Of a stretch of DNA of 64,000 bases, positions 1 to 11,573 are shown one piece after another; within the stretch, counting starts at the first letter, position 1; each line of letters opens with the position of its first letter. The position numbers were made by a program, and so were the translations under genes. The stretch lies in assembly GCF_000150275.1 (NCBI RefSeq), contig NW_002060945.1, positions 8,572,011 to 8,636,010 on the forward strand, written 5' to 3'. The notes beneath the pieces were generated by a model that saw nothing but the letters and a program-made list of their open reading frames with translations, ran no database searches and was not told where the DNA came from. Source of the stretch: Trichoplax adhaerens. Lineage: Eukaryota > Animalia > Placozoa.

Positions 1-189
1 CAGTACAGTCAAGCGGCAGCTCTGGTAGAAACGTCCAACTGCAGCTGACCTACTCAAACACTAGCAATCAACACTTGCGCAGTAGGGACAACTGCTGCGA
101 ATACGTTGAGTCATACTGGCATCTCACACGTCTCTACTCAACACTACAACTAGTCAACAGTCGCACAGCAACGAATGCCCCCTATCATG

Positions 190-1535
190 GCGGTCTCTCC
201 TAGTCTCTCTTACTATCCCCTACACTCTTCAGAATCTAATTAAATACTACCAGTTGGTCCCTAAGACCTTAATACGACCAAATTAGTTAGCTAGTTGGGC
301 AAATTTCTTCTTTGATGGAACAAATCCCAATACAAAGTACAATATTGACTCGATCTTACAGTATAAACTTGGCCAAGTTAGAGTTGCTTCTCACACACCT
401 AATAATCACAGTCTCTCCTAGTCTCTCCTACTATCCCTACACTCTTCAGAATCTAATTAAATACTACCTGTGAGTCCCTAATACGACCAAATTAGTTAGC
501 TAGTTGGGCAAATTTCTTCTTTGATGGAACAAATCCCAATACAAAGTACAATATTGACTCGATCTTACAGTATAAACTCGGCCAAGTTAGAGGTGCTTCT
601 CATACACCTAATAATCACAGTCTCTCCTACTATCCCCACACTCTTCAGAATCTCCACTTAAATACTACCTGTGAGTCCCTAATACGACCAAATTAGTTAG
701 CTAGTTGGGCAAATTTCTTCTTTCATGGAATAAATTGCAATACAAAGTAAAGTATGGAATAGATCCTATAGTACTGTATAGATTCAGCCAAGTTACAGAG
801 CTAGCTCGAAAAAGTTCTTCTTTGATTGAATAAATTGCAATACAAAGTAAAGTATGGGAATAGATTCAGCCAAGTTACAGAGCTAGCTCGAGAAAGTTCT
901 TCTTTGATTGAATAAATCGCAATACAAAGTAAAGTATGAGAATAGATTCTATAGTACTGAATAGATTCAGCCAAGTTACAGAGCTAGCTCGAGAAAGTTC
1001 TTCTTTGATTGAATAAATCGCAATACAAAGTAAAGTATGGGAATAGATTCTATAGTATTGAATAGATTCAGCCAAGTTACAGAGCTAGCTCGAGAAAGTT
1101 CTTCTTTGATTGAATAACTCGCAATACAAAGTAAAGTATGGGAATAGATTCTATAGTACTGAATAGATTCAGCCAAGTTACAGAGCTAGCTCGAGAAAGT
1201 TCTTCTTTGATTGAATAAATCGCAATACAAAGTAAAGTATGGAATAGATCCTATAGTATAGTTTCGTCCAAGTTAGTGCGCTAGTTCGGTAAATTTCTTC
1301 CTTGATTAAATAAATCGCAATATAAAGTAAAGTATGGAATAGATCCTATAGTATAGACTCGGCCAAGTTAGAGAGCTAGTTTGGGAAATTTCTTCCTTGA
1401 TTGAATAAATCGCAATACAATGTACAATATTGACTCGATCCTATAGTATAGACTGGGACAAGTTAGTGAGCTAGTTCAGGAAATTTCTTCTTTGATTGAA
1501 TAAATTGCAATGCAAAACATTGACTCGATCCTATA
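190..1535. repeat. Composite tandem minisatellite: about 2.5 copies of a ~210-bp unit (about 190-715) grading into about 8 copies of a related ~95-101-bp unit (about 715-1535)
   Basis: The recurring core ttcttctttgat(t/g)gaa(t/c)aaat..caatacaaagta...gccaagtta is visible in every unit. The near-identical ORFs at 875-1075 and 976-1176 are offset by exactly 101 bp. Confidence 0.95.
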
Positions 1536-1572
1536 CGCAGTTTAATACCGATAAATACACACACCACATATT

Positions 1573-1628
1573 GTCATTTTGCAAAATGCCCGGGCAGTTT
1601 GCAAAATGACCGACTTCGCATACGGTCA
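1573..1628. repeat. 38-bp near-perfect palindrome (1573-1610) overlapping a second short hairpin (tgaccg...cggtca)
   Basis: gtcattttgcaaa-a-tgcccgggca-g-tttgcaaaatgac is self-complementary except for one mismatched pair. Confidence 0.85.
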
Positions 1629-4000
1629 CGTTCATATATATAATAATAATTAATTTCTAGTTATGGGATTCTGTTCACTCAATACACGTATCGACTAAAT
1701 CCTACGGTATAATACTAATCAATATACACTATATTGATATATATATATAATTATAATAATAACTAATTTCTAGTTACGGCATTCTATTCGCTAAATCAGC
1801 GCATTTGACGTTGATTACTAGGAAATTTCTAATGAAGACCTGGAAGCTGTGATGGTAACCTAAATTTGAAGCTACTGTACTGTATTTGAAGTCTTCAACA
1901 ATTTACTAGTAGATAAATACAGGAAGAAATTACGGTAGTAGCAATACAATTAATTTATTTTATAGTATTGGACAAGGACGCCATTATCCTTGTTAGATGG
2001 TTTAGTCATGACCTACTAAAGAGATGTGTCTATTTAGTAATCCACACCTATTCAGTAGGCCTAATAAAACTTGACCATTCTTGAACCTCTAGTGTACATT
2101 GACGAAGTCCATTAGTAAAATTTTATTGTATTGCTTGGATCTACGAACTATCGATACTAAAGTAATAGTAATTGTCTACAAACGTACACCAAAAATTAAT
2201 ACATTAGTTAGGGATACATTAGTTTCGGTTCAAGAAAACAATATTATTTGCAATAGATTAACCATTTATGAGGTTTACTTCGTGAATTAACGATTAATAA
2301 ACTTAACAGCACTGTATGATTTATAATAATTTAAATCAACTCTTTTACTATACGTATAAGTTCTAAAATTAAAGTAATGTTATAAAAACTACTTTTGGAA
2401 TGTAATAATAATATTACTATAAACATAAAAATGAATATATTGTTTATTCTCATCCTAAAATAATAGTAGCTGTAGCATAGCGCCAAACATACATCATATC
2501 ATCATCGTATCATTAAAGCGTCACCATCTAAATTTAGGAATAGATCTTTCAAATATTTGAAAGCTATATGGATGTAGCAATATTATGCTATACATAAAAA
2601 ACATAAAGTGATTTACATATTACTATATAAAACTTAATCAATACTCTTACATTTAATAGGTAATTTAGTAAAAAATTACTGCAGAGAGCATAATTTTATC
2701 TATTCAAATCAAGTCACGAACGATATACAAACAATCAACTTAAAAAGTGCTCACGACAAGGACGTAATATCCGCTTTAACAGGCTGGGATAGAAACACCC
2801 GTAAATTACTTGAAAACCAAATCCTACAGCTAGCTATACGGACGAAAAAATCAACGCATCATTCAAATTCAACAATATCTAGACAGCAACTTGTTTGTAG
2901 GTACTGGATAATTTCAATTAAAGTGGTCAAGTTTATAATTGTATAATGAAAAGATAATGTAAAATTTAGAAACAAATGCGGTAGTGCAACGCTATTTTAT
3001 GATATTTTGTCACAAGCCATGCAGAGGCCAACAAAATTCAACAATAATATTAATGATAAGTAAGGTAATTTATAAAATTTTGTGGTCTAATAAATCATAT
3101 CATTAATAAGACTTTGTTCAGGAAAAAGTATTTGAATGTTGCAGCTATGCATATAACGCACTCTTGATCTTATTAATCTCCAATACAGTCCAGCATTTTC
3201 ACGGTACAACATTTCCAATTGAGAAAGTACTTTAGTAATAATTAAGCTCAAAAGTTGATCAAAATAAAAGTATTATCTGAGGAAAAAACAATGCATCAAA
3301 GTATTGTACAGTATTGTAACTCGCACCAATAAATACTGACACTTTAATTGCCTTTGTACCAATAATAAAACAGCAGATAAATTAAAAATCAGTAAAGTAC
3401 AGCCTAATAGCAACATTCATCCTAATAAAATAAAAGATATTACATATTACGAAAGAGAAGAATGTATAATACACTGCACACCTTATCTACCTGCTATAGT
3501 TAGCATACAAGTAGATAATGTCATACTGTAAGATCTCTCTTACTTCACTTACATTTGATCAATTTGCTAGAATTAGCAAAACACTATCTTATCTCACAAT
3601 AAAATCATACAAATAGTCCGGATAAACAATCTATTTAAACACCATATTAGCGAAACTGTTGTGAAAATAGCAAACTTACTTCACTGGCGAGCAAACTAGG
3701 GCATCAAATTGAAACTCTACTAATAGCCATCTACAACAATAAATTGCTTCAACTAGCAGTATCAACTGAGTTAAAATATACAATTTCTCATATTAACTGA
3801 TTCAAATTAAATATCAATAAATATTTTCATAATACGTGAAACTGTAGAGAAATGCGATAATTTTGAAAGAGTCGCCCAGTAAAATGCGATAAGCAAAAAT
3901 TAAAATTTCAAAATACTTCTACAAGGGTCTAATCTCAAATCATAAATTAAACATTTGTTCGATACTATATAATTAGTACATGGTTAAAACCACCAAGTTT

Positions 4001-5654
4001 CTAATCAATATCGTCACAGTAAGGCGTAAAATTTTTCAAGTCAAGCAATCGTTTAAGTCTCTCCCCTGAAGGTGGATGCCATAAGTAGCCCATCAACATC
4101 ATAATACTAGCTTCAGGCATTGCACCGTTAAGAAAAGCTTTCTCCCACAGTTGATTTTTCCGCATGAATTCAATACCACCTGCAATCACAATGACTATAT
4201 CAAGCTATGCACAAGGATATGCAAAACAAGAATAACGCCAATACAATTTGCTATACTTATCTTCAAAAATATCCGCGTACAAATACGTGTACACAAAATG
4301 ACTGTCACAACTATAATATAGAGTAATTATCTTATTTCGGCCAGATAATAAAATTTAGAATATACTGATATCAAAAATAGTCCTGCGTCAATTTCAGTTT
4401 TTTAATATACGATCTATAGTGACGGAAGATAGTGTTTACTTTCGCAATCATATCTAAATTGATTCAATTGATGTTTTCAGACGTGTACTATAGTTAATAT
4501 AAAAGAGAGGCCACAAGTCGAATAAATTTTAGGTTCTGCGGTTTAAGCCTAAAAGAGGCGTATGATTGATTACCACGGCCTCCTGACGAGAGTACTGTAG
4601 AATATCAATATTTCAAGTTATACTGTTGAAATGACGCTTTGCAACAAATCGATTATACTATGGGGTTGCTTACTATCTTGATAAACTTCATTTTAACGCT
4701 AACATCAGATTCTAGAAAAATAACTTTAGGCACAGTGTACAATAGATAATACAAAAGATTAACTAGCAGTACCTGCCATGTAGGTAGGATCAATAGTGGC
4801 TGCAACTCTATCTGCTCTATAAACTTGCCAATTCATTACACGTGAAGTAACAATGTGATAAAAGGACAGCGTCCCAACTGCAACCAAGATTTTATTCAAG
4901 ATTCGCAATCTTCGTTGAAGAGCCCATTTATTACACAAAGCAAAACCTCCATAACCAAGCAAATAAAATGCAGGCAAGATTGTACCAGATAATATAAAGT
5001 CCTTGTATTTCAAACGTACTAGCTCATGAGCCATTTGAAACTTGTTACAATTAGGTGACGGAATTAATTTGTCAGCTAAATCTGGATGTCGAGATAAATA
5101 ACTTGATTTGATAATCCCAGAACGCTCGATATCATTTCTCGTTGCAAAGTACATTGTATATGGTAGACTTAGAACAGCTCCATTTCGCAAACTGGTACTT
5201 CCTAAATTTCCAGCTGCAAATCCTATGATAGTTAGAAAGGAGAAGTTGAAATAGGGTTCCCTAATTACCTTATTAACAGCTTCAATGCCATTTATTCATG
5301 ATACGTAGATCTGCTCTATACAAATCGAACTAAAATCAACATTGATTTATTGCACTACTACACTACAATAGGGCAATAAAATACTAAATTACATTGTTGC
5401 AATGACTACCATAGCTACGAAATGATTCATCAGTGTTGTTATTAAGTACCTTCTCCAACAACAACTTCAATTTTATTGCTTTTATTAATACCAAGTTTCC
5501 TACAAATACTCTGGCATAAATCGAATGTTTCTTGTTGAACAGGTTTAGTATTGAGCATAAAATTAGAAACGACGCTTTGATGGAAAAAGTGTGGCCCAAA
5601 TTCTAATGTTAAAATACCACATGTAACAGCACCCAGTACGATGACCTTCTTCAT
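4001..5654 (-). CDS. TMEM177: TMEM177-like membrane protein with a degenerate peptidase-M48-type fold, 277 aa; exons 5654-5450, 5222-4773, 4179-4001
   Basis: Three ORF fragments join in frame through GT-AG introns (phase 1/1; 205+450+179 = 834 nt). Spliced motifs GSTSLRNGAVLSLP, KFQMAHELVRL and DRVAATIDPTYMAGGIEF resemble TMEM177 as recalled (G.P.LP.GAVVGIP, KFALAREVVYL, DRRTASLSAAYACGGVEF). Hydrophobic segments are present. Confidence 0.78.
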
Positions 5655-6099
5655 GTTGCAGCTAGTGTATTGATAAACCAGAATAGTTGGATCAATATTT
5701 GATTGATTAAAAGATTGTCACAAAACAGCTTCGTAACAAGGTTTACGTCAAAATAAATCTCTAAATTTCTAAAGTCGCCCAAGATTCAATATCCCTTGTC
5801 TACTCATAAGAACTTAGACGCCTTTGCTTCGATATTGTACAACCAGAGAAGTCATTTTATTCCACTATCTACTGAGCTCATAATTATTATATTGACCCTT
5901 GGGCATCAGCTAACATTGATGAATCATCATAAGATTCTAACAGTTAAGTCTTTACTTAATAGCCAAATTAATACAGAAATAGTTATAGGCATATGTAAGA
6001 ATTTTCTTCCAGTACAGCATAGAAGTTACTGTAATACACTATCACTTACTTCCAACCGTGGCCAAGATAGAATATTCCTCAGCTAATGCAATCGTTGCC

Positions 6100-6765
6100 A
6101 AGACGAGCTGAAATTAATTGGCTCTACTGTACTGCGCAGTTACTAGAGCAGCAGTCAACGCACTCACTCAGTCCCCTACAGCACCTTCAATTGACCGTGC
6201 TTTACCATTCCGTACGGTACAAAATTACGACTGTTCTGCATTTAGGGTTGCACAAGCCGTCACAATCTTCTAGTCATGGATGACTAGAAGATTGCGATGC
6301 GTTTATTTTCTTTTCAGACTCAGAAAAAGGGAAAAATAGTTCTGAAACTAACGTAAAATTACTATACCTTTATAGCTTTATGTAGCTAGAAAGCTGAACT
6401 TTGTATACAAGTTGATAGAATTACGCTACTCGTAATGCTCATTATAAAATATTACTTTAAAAGACAAAATCTGCTACATTACAAAGTGCAATTTTGTCCG
6501 AATACCGACTGTCCATTAGCCCTGACCATTTTGCATAAAATGCAAGAACAGTCGTAGCACCTAGTAATGATGACGATGTACTTTGCCATCCAAAAGTTGC
6601 AAGTGAAAATAAATACAGTGTTCATTCTGCTAGTCCATGGTACAACACTGGCTATTGTACTAGACAGTGTATCCTGAATATACGCGTTGGTAGCCATTGG
6701 TGTAGATTGTCAAAGTGACTTCGTCAACATGGCAAGAAATGACTTGTACATTTTAAGCTAGTAGC
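6100..6765. mobile_element. Possible non-autonomous Helentron/HINE-like element(s) around a perfect 15-bp-arm palindrome at 6263-6294
   Basis: Palindrome caatcttctagtcat-gg-atgactagaagattg; locally higher GC; short (cact)n tract; gctagaaagctgaactttg resembles the DINE-1/HINE core as recalled; atgact...ctagt near 6738-6762. No transposase ORF. The family assignment is inference. Confidence 0.3.
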
Positions 6766-7729
6766 GATGTGTAATAAGTACTACTTTCAGCCTTACAGTA
6801 TCCAGTCACACAACGAAGTAAGCCCTCAAAGTAGCGGTTAAAAATATAGTTTATTACTTCAAATCTTATTGATGAGCATTGCAGTAGTAGAACTGAAGAT
6901 AATGCAACTACACCACACAGCTAGTTCAAGGCTATCGACCTATCTCCCCTCCAAAGGAGTTGGCCTTTTATAAATACATTCCTAGAAAAGATTATTGATA
7001 AATATGTTTATCAAATCCCCGTTTCAATCAATTTAGGTAAATCCTACTTTGCTTTCCCTATATGATTCCTTACTCTACTTAACGTTCAATATGGCTCCTG
7101 CAAACATCCAAAACATCATCAACTAATTGTCTGTAATGCCCACAACACCTAATAGGGTGGATCTAACAACGCTAATCTACTATCTTATTTACCCGATGCC
7201 TCAACATAATCTAGTTTTCCTACACGATGAACAGGTTTTAATTATAAGACATGAGAAAATGGAAGAGTCCATGACTCAGTATATTGTAATCTTCAACGTT
7301 ATAAGTACAAATATGCATTAGCTGCATTCGCTAGCAATGATGTGCAATAAAATTAGCATTCATATGTTTTACGAGAGATCACGATACTGTAGCCAGCACA
7401 ACATGATAGATTTCTGGTAAGGCTTGTTTACAAAGTCTTGACTTTCTTAACATATTGTATAGTTCTGGAATTGTCGAGCGCTGTATCAACTACTGGCAAT
7501 GTGCATAGGAAGTATAGAATTACGGCCTCCTATGTATCATCTTGTTAAACCAATAGCTATTGATGACTACAGCCATATTAGCGATCAATCATTTACTAAA
7601 CGCAATATGAAAATAGTTGACTACGACAGCTATAGTATAGAAAAGAAACTAACAGAATGCCATCATAGTCATATAGGTAAGAAAATCTTGACAATTTTGG
7701 CAAATTTCTGATACTGTAAACAATAAACT

Positions 7730-8290
7730 ACACATATATCGATATAATATGCCTGCTTACGCCTATGTACTGTATAGTTGCTGATTGTTCGCTAGATTAA
7801 AACGATCAAATATTCTCGGTGAAAAGGATGGATATGAATGAAATTACCCTCATATTGATACAATAAGCCTACTTACGACTATATATGGTAGCTGATCGTT
7901 CGCTAGATTAAAAGGATCAAATATTCTTAGTGGAAAGACAGGACATAAATGAAACTACTCACATATCGATACAATATACCTGCTTAAGCCTATGCATAGT
8001 TGCTGGTCATTCACTAGATTAAAACGATCAAATATTCTCAGTAGAAAGACAGGACTTAAATGTAACAACCCACATATCGATACAATATGCCTGCTTAAGG
8101 CTATGCATAGTTGCTGTCATTCACTAAATCGAAACGATCAAATTTAATGCGGTAAAAAGGCGAGACAGCAATTAAACTATTCAAATATCGATGCAGTATG
8201 TTTACTTATGCCTATGATCAGTTGCTGGTCATTCGCTGAATTAAAACGATCAAATATTCTCGACGGAAAGACAGGACAAAAATTAAAGTA
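7730..8290. repeat. Tandem minisatellite, 5 diverged copies of a ~111-bp unit
   Basis: The anchor gatcaaat(attc) recurs near 7804, 7916, 8026, 8136 and 8248. Each unit also carries catatcgatacaatatgcctgctta and gttgctg..cattc.ctagattaaa. Confidence 0.92.
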
Positions 8291-8899
8291 CGTGTATATG
8301 ATATATATAATCATGCTAATTTACAGTATAAGTATTTAATAGTTAAAACTAATATCCTTGCTTAATGCAATTGAGGGTTAGCAGAGGCAAAAAAATACTC
8401 CATGAAAATACTGTCGATGTGAAATAATAATGTCCATAAGAAAAATATGCGTATCTATTTGTTTATTGGTCTACAGCAATGTCTTATTATATACGTACTG
8501 CATTTTAATATGCACTATAAAATGTAACATAATACTATGAAATAGATCATAGTATAACCGCGAAAGTCAGCAATCAATAATAGTGGGAATTAATATCACT
8601 ATATCAAGTCCTTTCGTTCTACAATACGTGATTCTTTTCTCAAAATACTTGACAAGTATTTCATACTTGATAAACTCCAGCTTACAGCTACTCATTATCT
8701 TTTATTAAGACAAGCTTTATTGATTGCAGTGACGCTTTTCAGCAGAAAATACAAGAGAAAATGATAAAGGATTAATATATATTCTTTATTTTGTTCACTT
8801 CTTGCACACATTTATCTTTGTTATATCCCTAATTTAACCATTACGAAAGTTGAAACGAGCGCTACCAAAGACAATTACATCAAGCCGAATAAAGATTTG

Positions 8900-11573
8900 C
8901 TACGCTATACATTTGCCTTCAAGCCAATATGTATCAATCGTAGCCTTTCCGTTATCCTATTTCAACACAACAGAATAAATTAAATAGACTAAAATTACTT
9001 AAAATAAAGTTAAAATAATAATAGACGTCTTCCAATGTGAACGCGTTTATATTTTTATATCACATTGATAAGGTAATTACGCTTATATAAATTGTAACTC
9101 TTACCAAAATGGGAATAGATTCATGATAACGCATATCATAGTCGCCATAGCTAGATAAGGCTTCATAAGTTGATTTACTAATATTTATCTTCATAGCTAA
9201 GAGGAACATACAGGTAATAATGAAGCAATTTCGCAGAATTGACATCAATTAGCAAACGAATCATCCAAATATTATATACTATTATAATTATCAGTGATAA
9301 TTTTGATTTGACTGTAAGTTAATATCAATCATGATAATCATAGATTATTATCATAGTAAAAATCAAGATTAGCAGTTAACACGCACTGGGTAGTAAAGTA
9401 CCTGAACATTTTTTCTAGTTTAAGTAAATTTCAATTTGAACTTACGACTTCCTCGTGCTTCCATCCTAGTTGCTACAGATACTGTCTGACCGAATAAGCA
9501 ATAGCGCGGCATTTTAATCCCAACTACACCAGCAACGCACGATCCTGCCGTATCAAAAAGTATATAGAAATAATTACAACATTGACCAATATAATCAACA
9601 TCTGACTTAAACATTAGTAAAAAAATTAATTCATGGTATCAAATAATCATGCACGTAGCTAAATAATAAGTAAATGGTAATGTAACTATTAAATAAAAAC
9701 AGAACTTTAAGTTGAAATATTCTTCATTATTCGCCAGTTATTAACAAGTTATGGTAAGAACAAATTAAATTATTATTTGACAGCATCATAAAATATTAAA
9801 ATTTCCTGTATTATTATGAATATCATCGGTGTAAACACAGAATTGCCTCTTAATGTAGTTCGCTACTAGATTTTTCAAGTATCTAATTTTGAATACAAAC
9901 ACTGTCGGTACCAAGAATAACAAAATGTGAACTGATATAACGTTCTCACCAGTATGGATACCAATTCTCATTTGCAATTGTTCAACAGGAACATGGGGAA
10001 TGTTAATTCGTCGCATATTAGTCAAGATTTCCATTGCCATTTGGGCAATTTCTACCGCGTGCTTTTTCTCTGCTAATCGCTTCGGAACACCAGAGGCTAC
10101 CATATACGCATCGCCAATAGTTTCCGTTTTATAGACATGATAACGATCGACAATACGATCAAATAGCGTATAAATAGCATTTAGCATATAAACTACTCGT
10201 ACCGGTGTAGTGGAATGACATATGTGTGTAAAGCCAACAATATCACTAATATATATAGTAACATCATCGAAAGCTTCAGCAATGACGACTTTACCCAATT
10301 TTAATTGTTCAGCAACAGCTGAAGGTAATAACTGATGTAACAATTGATCAGTACGATATCGGTGATATTCAATATCACTCAATCGGAGTCCAAAATAGGA
10401 CACTTGTCTCTGAATTTGTCGTTGCATACCAGTAGTCATTATAATAACTAAAACTCCAACAATTAAAGCAGCAGCCAAAACTAAAATTTGCTGACGATTA
10501 ACAACTTTAATGTCACGTACAAGTTTGTCAGTATCATTATGGATATTTTCTCTTAATTGATAGCTTAAAGTAGTTAACATCTGTAAGTATTGGGTGGTGC
10601 TATTTTTCCAATACGATAAAGACTGAACATTAGGTTGATGATGTCGATTGAACATAATTTTAGTAATTTCTTGGTTAATTATTTCTACAACAGTATTATT
10701 TAAGTGGTTTTGAAAATAATTGTTTATGAAAGAAGATAAACGCCCCGCTGATGTCAAGTATAACTGATGACGACTATTATGATATATAAAAATGAAGACT
10801 TCACTTGAATATAAATAACCGCGTGAATAATATAAATTACCAATAGCTCGACTTAGAGTAGCCTCATCTTCAGCTAAAATTAAAAAATGAATAGCTATAA
10901 GATCCTGCCAATCGAGCAATGTTGATGTAGTTTGTATCAGACGAACTTTATGTTCAGATAACAGTCCTACTGTACGGGCATAAAATTCAACTTCAAGTAA
11001 AACATTAGTTAATTTATTATCCGTTTTATTACGATGATCTTCAATTCTATGATGAATGATTTCATCTTCATCATCATCATGATCATCCAAGCTATCTTTA
11101 TGATGCTCATCCTCTTCATGGCCATTTTCAAATTTAGAATCAGTAATATTACGTTTATCCAGTACATTACTGTCATAGATATTACTAGAATAATTCGAAT
11201 TGATATACGTAATAGTAGCAGTTAACTCACTCAAGATAGCTTGAATTTTATCCACATGATCAAATAGGCTATCCACTGCTTTACGAATTGAATTAATTTG
11301 TGCAATATCTTTAGTAGAACGTCGAAAATTAGTCGCGGATAAAACAATAAAAAAGACACAGATCAACGTGGTAAATAAAATAATAATCATACTCTGCCGT
11401 CTGCTACGTTTATACTGCGATGAATCATCCTTTAAATTTCCTCTGCCGCATAATCTATGCCAAAAGCCAAGTTGATCTCGGCTCTCCGTTAAATCATAGC
11501 TTTCAACGGTATCATACCTTGTTAGCATGCTTCTCCTTCTTCTACTCGGAATAGCTCTAGTTACGAAATTCAT
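8900..11573 (-). CDS. NIT-domain-like two-TM receptor guanylate cyclase, paralog 1, 623 aa; exons 11573-9950, 9544-9446, 9196-9105, 8956-8900
   Basis: Class III cyclase motifs [26 protein letters not shown]|[18 protein letters not shown] and TYWL, with the guanine-specifying E and C. Preceded by the LLHQLLP coiled coil. Two hydrophobic helices flank a ~280-aa helical domain. All introns are GT-AG and in frame (1624+99+92+57 = 1872 nt). The NIT call comes from motif recognition, not an HMM search. Confidence 0.92.

Noticed and set aside
1-203. Open frame (+3) running in from the window edge in GC-elevated sequence
   Set aside because: Only about 66 codons are visible and nothing is recognisable; it cannot be called without upstream sequence.
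875-1176. Two near-identical 66-aa ORFs
   Set aside because: They are translations of the 101-bp tandem repeat unit, with non-ATG starts and no protein features.
190-1535. CRISPR-like array
   Set aside because: The units are contiguous tandem repeats without unique spacers, the context is eukaryotic and there are no cas genes.
9786-9949. C-terminal tails of the three long cyclase ORFs as given in the ORF track (also 22895-22947 and 47067-47092)
   Set aside because: These are intron read-through after the shared donor in IHTG; the true continuation is the 99-nt exon. The genes are not truncated pseudogenes.
11034-11225. Antisense or alternative-frame ORFs inside real exons (also 5384-5599, 47111-47323, 47121-47318, 59345-59542, 61668-61943)
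   Set aside because: Shadow ORFs of coding exons with no independent support.
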